Shown here piece by piece: positions 40,686 to 53,753 of a stretch of DNA of 64,000 bases. Position 1 is the stretch's first letter; the number at the start of each line of letters is the position of its first letter. The translations under genes and the position numbers were made by a program. The stretch is from the human T2T-CHM13v2.0 reference genome, Homo sapiens. The DNA is taken from NCBI RefSeq assembly GCF_009914755.1, contig NC_060926.1; one strand, 5' to 3'. The notes under the pieces are model-generated. The model was not told where the DNA came from and ran no database searches. It saw only the letters and a list, made by a program, of their open reading frames with translations.

Positions 40686-43600
40686 TCATATGTGGAATCC
40701 AAAGTTGAACTCATAGAAGCAGAGAGTAGAATGGTGGTTGTCAGGGACTGGGGAGTGTTTGTGTGTATGAAATGCGGGTATGTTGGTTAAAGGGTACAAC
40801 ATTTCAGTTGGACAGGCTGAGTAAATCCTGGAGATTAATGTATAGCATGGTAACTGTAGTTAGTAATAATGTATTAATTATATACTTGAAAATTCCTGAG
40901 AGAGATCTTACACGGTCTCACTGCAAAAAAAGATGAGAGGAAATGGATATATGAATTTGCTTATTTTAATCATTTCCCAATATATACATAAATCAAAACA
41001 TCATTTTGTACACTGTAAATATATACAATTTTTATTTGCCAATTATACCTTTGTAAAGCTGCAGGGAAGGGGAAGAAAAAATAAATGACATGGCAAAAAT
41101 ATAAAACTAAATTACAAAAATAATAAAACGTGCTCTGTGTAACTTAATCAGAGTGGAGAGTATCTGCCAGGAGTATAAGTAGGGGCTCCCTTGAGACACC
41201 TGAAAACTTCTTACTCATGGTGGTCTCTCTTCTCAGATGTGGTTGGGGCCTGTGGCGTGCAGGATTCCCCAGCTCCACCCTCCTGGTGTCATCTTTGCAT
41301 TGACTGGGGCAAAGGAAGGGTGTCTTGGGCTGCCTGGGGAGGCAGAATCTTACACCCCTCACCCAAGAGTGGCTACTTACCAGCAGAGCTTAAGATTGTT
41401 GGGAAATTGGCATGGGTGGCTCAGAGGCCTTTGGTGGATGATGGGACCCAGGCCCCTGCCCCTTCAAAGTCATGGGACCCTCCTGGAAGGGCCTGAGGGC
41501 CTGTGAGAGGGACGGTAGTGAATCTTTCCCTCGGACTGCCCATGGGGGAGAGCTCCAAGTATTATGGTCTGCTCGCTATGTATTGCACCCCCATACCCTT
41601 TGTGGGACCCAGAGGGCCGTCCAGCTTGCACAAGGCAGACATAAAGATTCAGTGACGGGGGTCGGGGGGTGAGAATATCTGAGCTGGATTTCAGAAAGGT
41701 GGGGGACCTTCTTTTGTACCCCAAGCTGGGGAAGCAGATGCGACAGTCACAGCAAACACTTCCTGCTTGTGATGGAACTCTGTTTCTGCTGGGCCTCTTG
41801 GGCCTAGTTCCCCTGTCTCTGCCCAGTGGACATGCATTTGCTCCATAGTGACCCCCCACCCCACTTCCTTGTGGATCCAGGGCTGGTGAGCCCATCTGCA
41901 GCTCTGCACTTCTCTGACCTGGTATCTGCTCCCCAGCCCTTCCCAAAGCCTGACCCACATCTTGGGCTCTTGGTAGAAATGGAGTTCAGGGTGGGGCCAA
42001 GTCAGCCTCCCCAGGCCTTTGTCTCTGGGAATGTCTGCCTCCCGGTGAGGGGAGGCAGGGCCTGGAAGACACATTGGAAGCTTTGTGGCTTCTCTCTCCT
42101 GGAGCGAGTCAGGGCCATGGTTATCATTCATTCAGAAACTGTTCATTTCAAAACATCTCCTGCCAGCCTTTTATGTTTCCAACACTTTCTTTGCTGTGAT
42201 TTTCTATAGTTGTTTAATCAATTATCTTTTTTTTTTTTTTTATGAATGACTCTTTTTTATGTTCTCTGCCTTTCCCTCTGATGCTTTTAGGACTCTGAGA
42301 AGCTTAGGGGTAATTTAGGGTACATCGTCCCTCCTACCTTGTACCTGGCTTGGAGCCGTTAGAACTGGAGGCTTCAGGCTGCCCTCTGCACCCTCCTGCC
42401 CTGGGAGGCCCTGGTTGCAGGTCTCTTTCTTGGAGTCAGGAATCCTTAGCTGCCTCTTCTTAGGCCTGCTTTCCAAGCACCCCGGATGCCCATCCGCCCT
42501 CCCGCTCTGTGCAGAGGGTGAGGACTCACCTTGAGGCAGTGTTGGGGCCTCATGAGACACAGTGGGTGGCATGGAAGACAGTCCATGCTCCTCAAGCACT
42601 GCACTGTCCAGGGACGCATGTCCACTCCCTGGCCACCTCCCCGCCTCCGTAAGGATCTCGGTGGGACTGGGTGACTCTGCTCCCTTGTCCCAGATCTTCT
42701 CAGAGCTCCTGATGCCCAGGTGGGCAGGAGGGTCTCTGATGGCTCACAGTTCCAAACAGCCAGGCCCTGTGCCCTCAAGGCCTCCACAAGGCCTTGGCCC
42801 ACACGGCTCCTGCTCTCCATAGGCTGGGGGAGAGATAGGAACCAGCTTCCCCTTTGAGCAGCACTGGTTCAGGGTCCGAACCTCAGGGGCCCAAGTGTTC
42901 TCCAGGCCACACCTACCTCTCCCACCACTCAGGCTGGCCACTGTCAGACAAGCGGGTTTCTGGCCATCAGGCCCAGAGGAGGATACTGCCCAGATGGGAC
43001 TTTCTGGGGCGGGGGCCGGGGAGCTCTGCTCTTGGGAACATTGTTCCGAAGGCAGGGCGCTTGTGGTCTCTGTGCTCCTTCCACCGCTGCTCAGGCTGAC
43101 CCCAGCCAGCTCAGAGCTCAGAGACGGATGGGCCCTTGCAGGAGCCTCTTGGCTCCCAGCTTGGCCATGGTGGGCAGATCAGGGAAGGCGGCCCAGCCGG
43201 GCTTCCTCCAGTTTGGGAAGACTCTCCCGCTTTCAGCCACCACAGCATCACCTGCATCTGGTGCAGCACCCCTGGAGGGCCCTGTCATCCTGTGAAGATG
43301 ACCGCCCTCTCTCTAACACCTGGGAGCAGGAGGCTGCTGCAGTCTTGTCTAAGGGCTTCATCGTTTCAGAGCTTTAGGCCAGCCTCTGCGAAATGAGGGC
43401 CCAGCCACGAAGAAGTACAGTCTCACCATGCTCCTCCCCTATAAAAACTTTCAGGGAGGCCTGAGGAGAGGTTGGGTGGTGGGCAGGAAAGGTGAAATGC
43501 AGGAATGAAGGGAGCTAACAGCATTCTCCATGTTCATGGGAAGTGTTAGTTTCACTGGGTGGGGGATGTTGGCAAATGACAGGGCAGTATGGAAACTATT

Positions 43601-44590
43601 TATTTTTCTTTATGGGGTTTGATGAACTGTTTAATTAATGCTTGTTCTTGGGAAGGAGGTACGTGTGTGATAAGGACACGTGTGGACAATCAGGAGAAGA
43701 ATGGGAATTTGGGAGCCCTAGAAGGAGCGTGATTCAGTGATTCAGTGTCCACCGTCATCCTGGACTGTTCCAAGGGACTGCAGTGCCAAATGTCACAGTG
43801 GACTGTCCTGCAGAGGTCCTTGGGATGGTGTGAGTCTGGACTGGAGACCATATACTCTGGGAAGTGTAGTGCTGAGAGAAAGGGGATGGATGGAAGATCA
43901 CAAAAGCTTCTGTGGGTTGGGAGTGGAGTTTCCAGAGTCAGGAAGATTTCATGAGGCAGGAGTCAGAGGCTGGTGGTGCTCTGGCCAAGGAGTAGGGTTA
44001 TAAACGGAGAGCAGCCAAGATGGAATCCCTCTGAGGGTGCAACTCTTTGGGGGCTTGTTTTCCCCACGGAGCATGGGATGGTTCTATATGGTGAGTGTCG
44101 TTAAATTCCCTCTATCATGGGCTGTCTCTCTCTTAGGTGTCTCCCAGCCTCTCGGCCGAGTCTCACACAGCCAGCCCACCTGCAAGGTGCAGTGTAGGAG
44201 GAAGCAAGGCCAACAGTTAGAAGGAGATGAGCCCTGGCCCCTTTCATCTGGCCTCTGTCTAGGTGACCAAAGCTCACTTGGTCCTGGATATAGTTAGCAG
44301 CATGAGGAGTGATGTTCCTAGGACCAGTGGACAGCATGGATGCTGCCTTCTAGAAGGTCTTAACTCCCCATTAAATCCCCAGCACTCAGACAGTAATCCA
44401 TACATAGCAGTGATTCAGTAAATGCTTGAATGATACTTGATGTGGTATCTTCACTAGAGATATATGAATATTTAGCAAGGGCAGGGAAATATGCTCAAAA
44501 TCACTAATCACTACAGAAATGTAAATAGGAACCATAACAAGACACCATTCCACACCCGTAGAAAGATGAACGTTAAAAAAGACTGACAGG

Positions 44591-45248
44591 GGCCGGGTGC
44601 GGTGGCTCACGCCTGTAATCCCAGCACTTTGGGAGGCTGAGGTGGGTAGATCTTGAGGTCAGGAGATTGAGACCATCCTGGCCGACATGGTGAAACCCTG
44701 TCTCTACTAAAAAATACAAAAAATATCTGGGCGTGGTGGCAGGCACCTGTAGTCCCAGCTACTCAGGAGGCTGAGGCAGGAGAATGGCATGAACACGGGA
44801 GGCGGAGCTTGCAGTGAGCCAAGACAGTGCCACTGCACTCCAGCCTGGGCGACAGAGCAAGACTCTGTCTGCGGGGTGGCGGGGGGGTGCAGGTGGGAAG
44901 ACTGACAGGCTGGGCACAGTGGCTCACACCTGTAATCCCAGCACTTTGGGAGGCCAAGGCGGGCAGATCACCTGAGGTCAGGAGTTTGAGACCAGTCTGG
45001 CCAACATGGTGAAACCCCATCTCTACTGACAATACAAAAATTAGCTGGGTATGGTGGCGGGTGCCTGTAATCCCAGTTACTCAGGAGACTGAAGCAGGAG
45101 AATCACTTGAACCCAGGAAACAGAGGTTGCAGTAAGCTGAGAGCATGCCATTGCACTCCAGCCTGGGCAACAGAGCAACACTCCATCTCAAAAAAAAAAA
45201 AAAAAAAAAAAAAAAACCCAAAAACAAAAAGAAGAAGAAAAACAAAAA
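44591..45248 (+). mobile_element. AluY-like element (44591-44897, G-rich tail) followed by AluS (44908-45248)
   Basis: Three copies of the target site aagactgaca. Confidence 0.92.
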
Positions 45249-45456
45249 GACTGACAATACCAGATGTTGGCAGGGATATGGAGTAACTTGGGATTCAATA
45301 TATTGCTGGTGGGAATGAATGATGATGCAGCCACTTTAAAAACAGCATGGTAGTATTTGTAGAGTTAAACATATTCTTACCATACAACCCAACAATTCCA
45401 ATACAAGAGAAATGAAAACTTTCACAAAGACTTGTAAGTGAATGGTTATAGCAGCA

Positions 45457-45751
45457 TTTTTTTTTTTTTGAGACAGAGTCTCACTCTGTCACCCAAGCTG
45501 GAGTTCAGTAACACGATCTCAGCTCACTGCAACCTCCGCCTCCCAGATTCAAACATTTCTTGTGCCTCAGCCTCCTGAGTAGCTGGAATTACAGATGCAC
45601 CCCACCACGACTGGCTAATTTTTGTATTTTTAGTAGAGACAGGGTTTCACCACATTGGCCAGGCTGGTCCTGAATCCCTGACCTCAAGTGAGCTGCCCAC
45701 CTTAGCCTCCTGAAGTGCTGGGATTACAGGTGTGAGCCACCATGCCTGGCC
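45457..45751 (-). mobile_element. Alu
   Basis: TSD agcagcatt. Confidence 0.93.
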
Positions 45752-46407
45752 AGCAGCATTATTCATAAAAAATAAAAAACTGAAAGCAACCCAAATGTCC
45801 ATCAACTGATGAATAAACAAATTACACTATGAAATACCATTCAGCCACAAAAAGGAATGGCATATTAATATACGTGTAACAATATGAATGAATCTCAAAA
45901 ATATAAGAGAAATAATGAAATACAAAAGACTGTGTACTGCATGATTCCATTTATATGAAACTCTAGAAGAGGCAAAATTATAATGACAGAAACCAGATTA
46001 GTGGCTGCCTGGGGCTGGGGTGGGGAAGGAGATGGGCTGCAAATAAGCAGCAAGAAATGTTTTAGGGTGCAGGGACTGTTCTGTATTCTGATTGTGGTGG
46101 TGGTAACATAATTGTATATAATTACCAAAATGTATCAACCTGCACACTTAAAATGTGTGAATTTTATTGTATGTAAATAATAAAATATAAATTTTAAGTA
46201 GAAGAGACCCCCACATCTAGATATACCATGTGCAAACTTCTGGCAAACCAATAATAAAAATAAAATCTTGAAGGCAGCCAGAAACAATAGACAGAAGAAC
46301 AAAGAATTACGGAAGACTTTTATTCAGAAACTACGCAAGCCAGAAGTCAATGGAGTAACATCCTTAAAGTACTGAAAAACAAAAACAGTCAGTCTAGAAT
46401 GCTACAC

Positions 46408-46950
46408 TTTTCTTTTTGTTTGTTTTTGTTTTTTAAAGACAGAGTCTTGCTCTGTTGCCCAGGCAGGAGTGCAGTGGTGCCATCTTGGCTCACTGCAAGC
46501 TCCAACCCCCGGGTTCAAGCGATTCTTGTGCCTCAGCCTTCCAAGTAGCTGGGGTTACAGGCACACACCACTACGCCCAGCTAATTTTTATATTTTTAGT
46601 AGAGACAGGCTTTCACCATTTTGGCCAGGCTGGTCTCAAACTCCTGACCTTAAGTGATCTGCCTGCCTCAGCCTCCCAAAGTGCTGGGATTACAGGCGTG
46701 AACCACTGTACCCCTAGAATTCTTTTTTTTTTTTTGAGACGGAGTCTCACTCTGTCACCCAGGCTGGATTGCAGTGGCATGACCTCGGCTCACTGCAAGC
46801 TCTGTCTCCTGGGTTCAGGTGATTCTCTTGCCTCAGCCTTCCTGGTAGCTGGGATTACAGGCGCCCGCCTCTGCACCCAGCTAATATTTTGTATTTTAAG
46901 TAGAGACGGGGTTTCACCATGTTGGTCAGGCTGGTCTCGAACTCCTGACC
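46408..46950 (-). mobile_element. Two tandem Alus
   Basis: Alu consensus twice. Confidence 0.92.
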
Positions 46951-47267
46951 TCCCAACTCTAGAATTCTATACTTCTATGCTTAATAAATATTTGTGGCTG
47001 AATTTACTGGAGGTGGTTATAGGGGGACATGGAAGGAAAACTATAAAAATGCAATTTAGTATTTGTTGATAAACCATACAGCCTGACTGGCATTGAAATT
47101 GGTTGTCTGTATAACTTTTCCATTACCAACTGAACTGTGCTAGAAGAAATATTAAAGGAAGTTCTTCAGACAGGAGGGGTATGACACCAGATGGCGATTT
47201 AGATCTCCACAAAAAATGAGGAGGCCTGAAAATGGTAAAAATGAAGGTCAATTTAAAAGTTATAATG

Positions 47268-47573
<306 letters not shown>

Positions 47574-47929
47574 TCATTAGAAGAACTACAGACCCCAGAG
47601 CTCTCAAATCGCCGGAAGGATTTCTGCGGTAGGCCTGTGCATGATGGATAGAGGACAGGTGGTAAAGAATCACGGACACCTAGTAGGACAACTAGGCATG
47701 GCTTTGTCCCGGTTTCAGAGCACCGACACAGCATTTAGTCACCATTTACCTTCTTGGGAGGTGGGTTAGGCAGCGGGCACACTAGTCCTGCTTTGTGGGA
47801 GCAGAAGTGAAGTCTCAGAGAAAACAGGTGACTTGCCCAAGAAGCCTTATTAATTACCAGCCAGGACAGCGTATTTTCTATTCCGTGTGTTTTGGGATAA
47901 CTTAGTGCCGTCCCCTCCGATGAACCAGT

Positions 47930-48960
47930 GCCTTCGAAAGCCCTTGAGATTTGGGAAACAGGCGGCACAGATCTTGGAGGTTACCTTGTTCTTAATCAGT
48001 CCTCAGGCAGTCGCCTCTAACGCGAGCGAACACCGGCTTCCCGAGGCCGTCGCTCGGCAGAGGAGGGGCCAGGCGCCCGATCCCAGATCCCCTTTCCCCG
48101 CCCCGCCGCGCCCCGCCTGCTCTGGCACAGCCGCACTCCCGCAAATCCCTCCCGCGGAACCCCCAGTCCTGCCTGCGCGGGCGCTGGAAGGCGGGCAGGG
48201 GGCGGGGCGCCGCGGCGCGTCCGTTGCTAAGGCCGCGCAGCCCTAGTGACCGAACGCCCTGCGGCGGCCGCGCAGGCGCTGTGGTGGGCTCCGGTGCACT
48301 GTGGGATGGAAACCGGAGCGGCGCGTCCTGGCAGGACCGGGCGGCGGCGGCGGCGGGGCCGGCGGCGGCCAGGGACCCGGGCTTAGGCTCGGCCAGGCCG
48401 GCTGAGGGGCGCGGGCGGCCAGCGGGCGGCGGACGCCGTCATGAACGCGGCGGTGGTGAGGCGGACGCAGGAGGCGCTGGGGAAAGTGATTCGGAGGCCG
48501 CCGCTGACAGAGAAGCTGCTGAGCAAGCCCCCGTTCCGCTACCTGCACGACATCATCACGGAGGTGGGCGCCGGGGGCCGGGCCCGGCCAGGTGCGGGTC
48601 GGGATTCCGGTGGGCGCCGAGGTCAGGGCCCGGGCCGGGTGGCGCCGGGTGCGAGCCGGGCTCGGGCTCAGGTGCGGGTCGGGGGCCGGGGCTGGGCCGG
48701 AGTCGGGGCCCGGGCCGGGTGTGAACCGGGTGTGGGCCGGGCTCGGGGTGCAGGTCGGGGACCTGTTCAGGGCCGGGTGTGGGCCGGGCACAGGGTGCGG
48801 GTCGGGGGCCGGGGTCAGTTCCGGGGTCGGGGCGAGAGTTCTGTGCGGCCCCTGCCTGGGAGCCCGGCCTGTAGGCCCAATTCCGCGGCGCCCTCCGTGA
48901 GGAGGTCCTGCCCCTCCCCCGGCTCCGGGCCGCCGCTTACAAGGAGGCTCCGGGCCCTCA
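47930..48960. promoter_or_regulatory. TRAF3IP1: TRAF3IP1 promoter CpG island with GC boxes and RFX X-box-like motifs (48223-48250)
   Basis: CpG-dense; GGGGCGGGG near 48199; GTTGCTAAGG. Confidence 0.9.
48441..48563 (+). CDS. TRAF3IP1: TRAF3IP1 (IFT54/MIP-T3) exon 1 coding part, [10 protein letters not shown]...HDIITE (start of the calponin-homology domain)
   Basis: [14 protein letters not shown] signature; donor GAG|gtgggc; 123 nt. Confidence 0.97.
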
Positions 48961-50144
48961 GGAGCATTCTTACTTCTTCCCTGCCTGCCCGTGTATTTCC
49001 TTAGAGTGCATCTTCCATTATTGCTGGCAGAGCTGCTTCTGTGACTCCTGCCTCGTCTAACCTTGCAGAACCCCTCTCGCTTGCCCTGAAGTATGTAGCA
49101 CGTGGAAGGCACTCCCTAAATCCTGGGAGAATGGAAATAATATTTTTTATACAACCCTTCTGCCCCAAAGTTTCCCTCCATACCACATTTTGGGTGCTTA
49201 ATAAATGCCTGCGGGTGGATTTAGTGGAGGCGGCTGTAGGGGGACTTGGCAGGAAAGACTGTAACAGAGCTGCACAGCCTGCCCTACGTTGAGATTGGTG
49301 GTCTCTGTAGCTTTTTCCACTTGCGGATGGTGTGCTCCTCCGTGACGGAGACCCTGGCTTGCTTATTAGCATGGCTCTGGTGATCTGCACTGGGTAAGGT
49401 ACATAGAAATTGCACAACAAACATCCCCTGTTGAGTGGGACCTGTCAAGGCTCGTGGTAACTCCCTGGTAACTCTCAGGAGCGTCACTGCAGCGGGCGCA
49501 GCACCCATTTCCATGGTGGACCCAAGGGCACGTGGGAACTCAGAGGTGTGTTTTGGGATTTAGGATTCAGGTTGGACTTGCAGACTTCCAGGGCCTCATG
49601 ACCTCACCTGGTGATGGTCCTCAAGCTCTGTTTCTCACTCTTTTCAACAGGTTGGGTGCCTTATTCTTGCACAGACTTTGCTTTACTGGTTCTGCCCTCC
49701 TACCTTAGCTTATAACGTGTGGTCTCCTGGAGCGTGTGCCTCTGTGTTAAAACAGTGCCTAAAAATGCTCTCGAATCCACCCACATCCCAGGGCCTCGCC
49801 AGCCCTGGTCATGTCCTCCCAGCTGGTGCAGCACTTACAGCCTGTCCTGGACAGTGTGTGGGGAGAGGACCTGCTGTGTGGATAGCCCGGTGGGAGGGGG
49901 ACAATGTGCCGCATCACCACCGTCCCGTGAAGTAGGCGGGTACCCGTCCTCTGACCCAGAGGGAACAAGAGCCAGTGTGAGCCCAGCCCACTCTAGCTGT
50001 GGCTGCCAAAACCTTTATTCTCCCAGGCCTGTCTGTCCCACTGAAATGCAGAGCCCCAGGAGGGAGGTGCAGGGAGTGTGCCTTATCCTTGTGGGGCAGT
50101 GATGGCGCTCAGCTCACGGTGGCTGTCCAGTCACTACCGCATAG

Positions 50145-50497
<353 letters not shown>

Positions 50498-50862
50498 ATT
50501 GCCTTCTTGGCCAGGTAGATAGGGTGTGTGGAACGAGTTGCATGTTCCCAATTAGGAACGACTGGTCTGCTCTTCTCCCATAGACTTCCTCATCTAATGC
50601 CAAAGTTGATTTCTCTCCCTGTGTAAAGATAAATAAATTATGACCTACTTGATAAAGTTGTTAGAATGACTGACATATTGGAAAGGATTTTCAGATAATA
50701 GGTGGAGAGCCTCTTATGAAAATGCTTTACTGTACTGAATATTATACACACATTGCTATATTAGTATTTTAGCTATAGCTACACTAACCACCCCGTTTCA
50801 TTAAGCTAAGTGTGGATACTGTGACGTTAATGTCTCTTGTCACTTACAGTTATTGCTCACAA

Positions 50863-51161
50863 TTTTTTTTTTTTTTTTTTAGAGGGATTCTTGCTCTGTC
50901 GCCCAGGCTGGAGTGCAGTGACACAGTCTCCACTCACTGCAACTTACGCCTCCCAGGTTCAAGCAATTCTCCTGTTTCAGCCTTCTGAGTAGCTGGGACT
51001 GCAGGCACATGCCACCATGTCCAGCTAATTTTTCTATTTTTAGTAGAGATGGGGTTTCGCCATGTTGGCCGGCCTGATCTCGAACTCCTGACCTCAGGTG
51101 ATCCGCCTGCCTCGGCCTCCCAAAGTGCCGAGATTACAGGTGTGAGCTACTGTACCCAGCC
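50863..51161 (-). mobile_element. AluS with TSD tattgctcacaatttt
   Basis: Alu and TSD. Confidence 0.95.
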
Positions 51162-51832
51162 TATTGCTCACAATTTTAACTGCCAGCATCCTGGGAAAAC
51201 CTCAACAGGGACAAAATGAAAATGTTCCAGGAATGTTAAATGCAGGATGCTCTTAATATTCTACCTGTCATCTCAAGAAAAACAGTAGCATAGCTCTTAC
51301 ATAGTGTGGTGTGGAATGAAAACTCCTAGATTCATTAATACCTAACTTGATGCAAATTAAGGAGTTGTGGCTTGATTCCAGAGGAGGCTCTCATTAGGGT
51401 GGGACTGTCTTGTTTTTAAAACATGTCTTCCCGTAATAAATATGCTTTATTAGCTGACCTAGGATATGTGGCTATGAGCATACCTGTCCTTACCACATAC
51501 CATGCAGCCTGCTGGTAAGGGTCCCAGCTATTCAAAATGCTTGTTGCTACAAATTGTATTGATTTTACAGTAACCTACCACATTTCAAAAAACTGCAGTC
51601 TGAGACAACCCAGGACCCTGGCTGGGTGTGGTGGTTGAGAGGAACAGGAAAAATAATTGCCCTAAAAGCTGGTTTTAGGGCTAATTAGGAGGTACAGGTT
51701 ACCTGAGGGAAGGGATGATTAGGGAGAGAACCAAAGCAGTGAGGTGTGGAGCCTGCCACCATCTTAAGAAGTGAGTAGTGACACGTGGTGAGGAGAAAGA
51801 CCCTTGCAGAACTTCTAGTCTTAGCAAACTAG

Positions 51833-52205
<373 letters not shown>

Positions 52206-52384
52206 TAAAATGCCGTTCCAGGTCCTCCTCGTGGTCCTTCAGCTCAGTTCATGTCCCTGAGTGGCTTCACAGGGCCTCTGCACCAGGCCCCGAGTGTCTC
52301 TCTGGCCTCAGGCTCCTGCTGTCCTACATTTCTTTTGATCCCTTGCAGGGGACTCTGTGGGTCCTGGACCTTGTGTGGACTTTC

Positions 52385-52684
52385 ATTTTCTTTTTTTCTT
52401 TTTTTTGAGACGGAGTCTGGCTCTGTCGCCAGGCTGGAGTGCAGTGGTACGATCTCGGCTCACTGCAATCTCTGTTTCCTGCTTCAAGTGATTCTCCTGC
52501 CTCAGCCTCCCGAGTAGTTGGGACTATAGGCGAGCACCACCACACCCAGCTAATTTTTGTATTTTTAGTGGAGACAGGGTTTCACCATGTTGGCCAGGAT
52601 GGTCTCGATCTTCTGACCTTGTGATTTGTCCGCCTCAGCCTCCCAAAGTGCTGGGATTACAGGTGTGAGCCACCACACCCAGCC
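52385..52684 (-). mobile_element. AluS with TSD tgtggactttc
   Basis: Alu and TSD. Confidence 0.95.
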
Positions 52685-53088
52685 GTGTGGACTTTCTTAT
52701 GTTTGGCATGTGCATCCGAAATGTCCCCTTGCCCAACTCTTCTGTAAGCCTGGTCCCCATCTAGGTATGATTCCTCCAGGAAGGGTTCCCTGCCACTCCT
52801 GCTCCCTCCCGGATTGTGGATTAGGTACCAAGCCTGAGTGCTTCCTTAGTACCTGCATGGTGTCATCTTTACCCGTCTGTCCACACAGCCAGACTAAGTT
52901 CTGAGAGGATCTGGCTGGCTTCTGCCCTGCACAGCACGTGTAGTAGACATCAAATATTTCTTAAGTGGATGATTCAAATCTGGGCTGCTAGTCAATTCTG
53001 ACATCTCCCAAGTGTGGAGTTGAGTGGATGAGGCTGATGAGGAGGCTGTCTGTGAGGTGACATGGTGGCCTTTCTTTCTCTCTTGAAG

Positions 53089-53157
53089 GTGATTAGAATG
53101 ACTGGTTTCATGAAGGGCCTCTACACAGACGCCGAGATGAAGTCTGATAATGTGAAG
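53089..53157 (+). CDS. TRAF3IP1: TRAF3IP1 exon 2, [23 protein letters not shown]
   Basis: Polypyrimidine tract plus aag; donor AAG|gtgggt; 69 nt, phase 0. Confidence 0.95.
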
Positions 53158-53591
53158 GTGGGTTTGAGTCGGGCTTCTCCTATTGACTCCTCGCCTTAAC
53201 GGATGGGATTTTTTGTAGGCCTGGTAGTGTGGCTTGTGTCATTTCTCTGCTGCATGTGGTTGGAATACAAGGTCAGTGAATTCGTAAATTGATATATATA
53301 CCCTTTCTCATTTCATTTTCTCATTGTGGCAACTGGATGTCATGCTAGTTTTATTCACTGAAAAATGGGATTAGTATTTCAAAGGTTAATGCTAGCCCAT
53401 CAACTAAATTAAAGGCTTTAATGAATTGTTTTTGTTTTGTCAGTAAAAGGTCAGTATTTCTAGATTTGTTATATATCTAAAAACAGCTTTGTATGTAAAC
53501 AGAAACTATCCTATGCCTGGTAAACATACAGAAGATAGTGCACACTCTTCAAAGTATTGTAATATTTGTATTTTCAATGGAAATGTTTCAG

Positions 53592-53753
53592 GATAAAGAT
53601 GCAAAAATTAGCTTCCTACAAAAGGCCATAGACGTGGTTGTAATGGTGTCGGGAGAGCCACTGTTGGCCAAACCAGCCCGAATCGTGGCGGGGCATGAGC
53701 CTGAAAGAACAAACGAGCTGCTCCAGATAATTGGAAAATGCTGTCTCAACAAG
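53592..53753 (+). CDS. TRAF3IP1: TRAF3IP1 exon 3, [11 protein letters not shown]...GKCCLNK
   Basis: [15 protein letters not shown] motif; tttcag acceptor and gtact donor; 162 nt. Confidence 0.97.

Larger units (their letters stand above)
44470..46390 (+). mobile_element. Old L1M fragments interrupted by three Alus
   Basis: caacccaaatgtccatcaactgatgaata; tgcatgattccatttatatgaaa. Confidence 0.7.

Noticed and set aside
46455-47069. 204-aa ORF and the many similar [16 protein letters not shown] ORFs
   Set aside because: Alu translations
48224-49112. 289-aa antisense and other ORFs over the TRAF3IP1 CpG island
   Set aside because: GC artefact; the true CDS leaves at the 48563 donor
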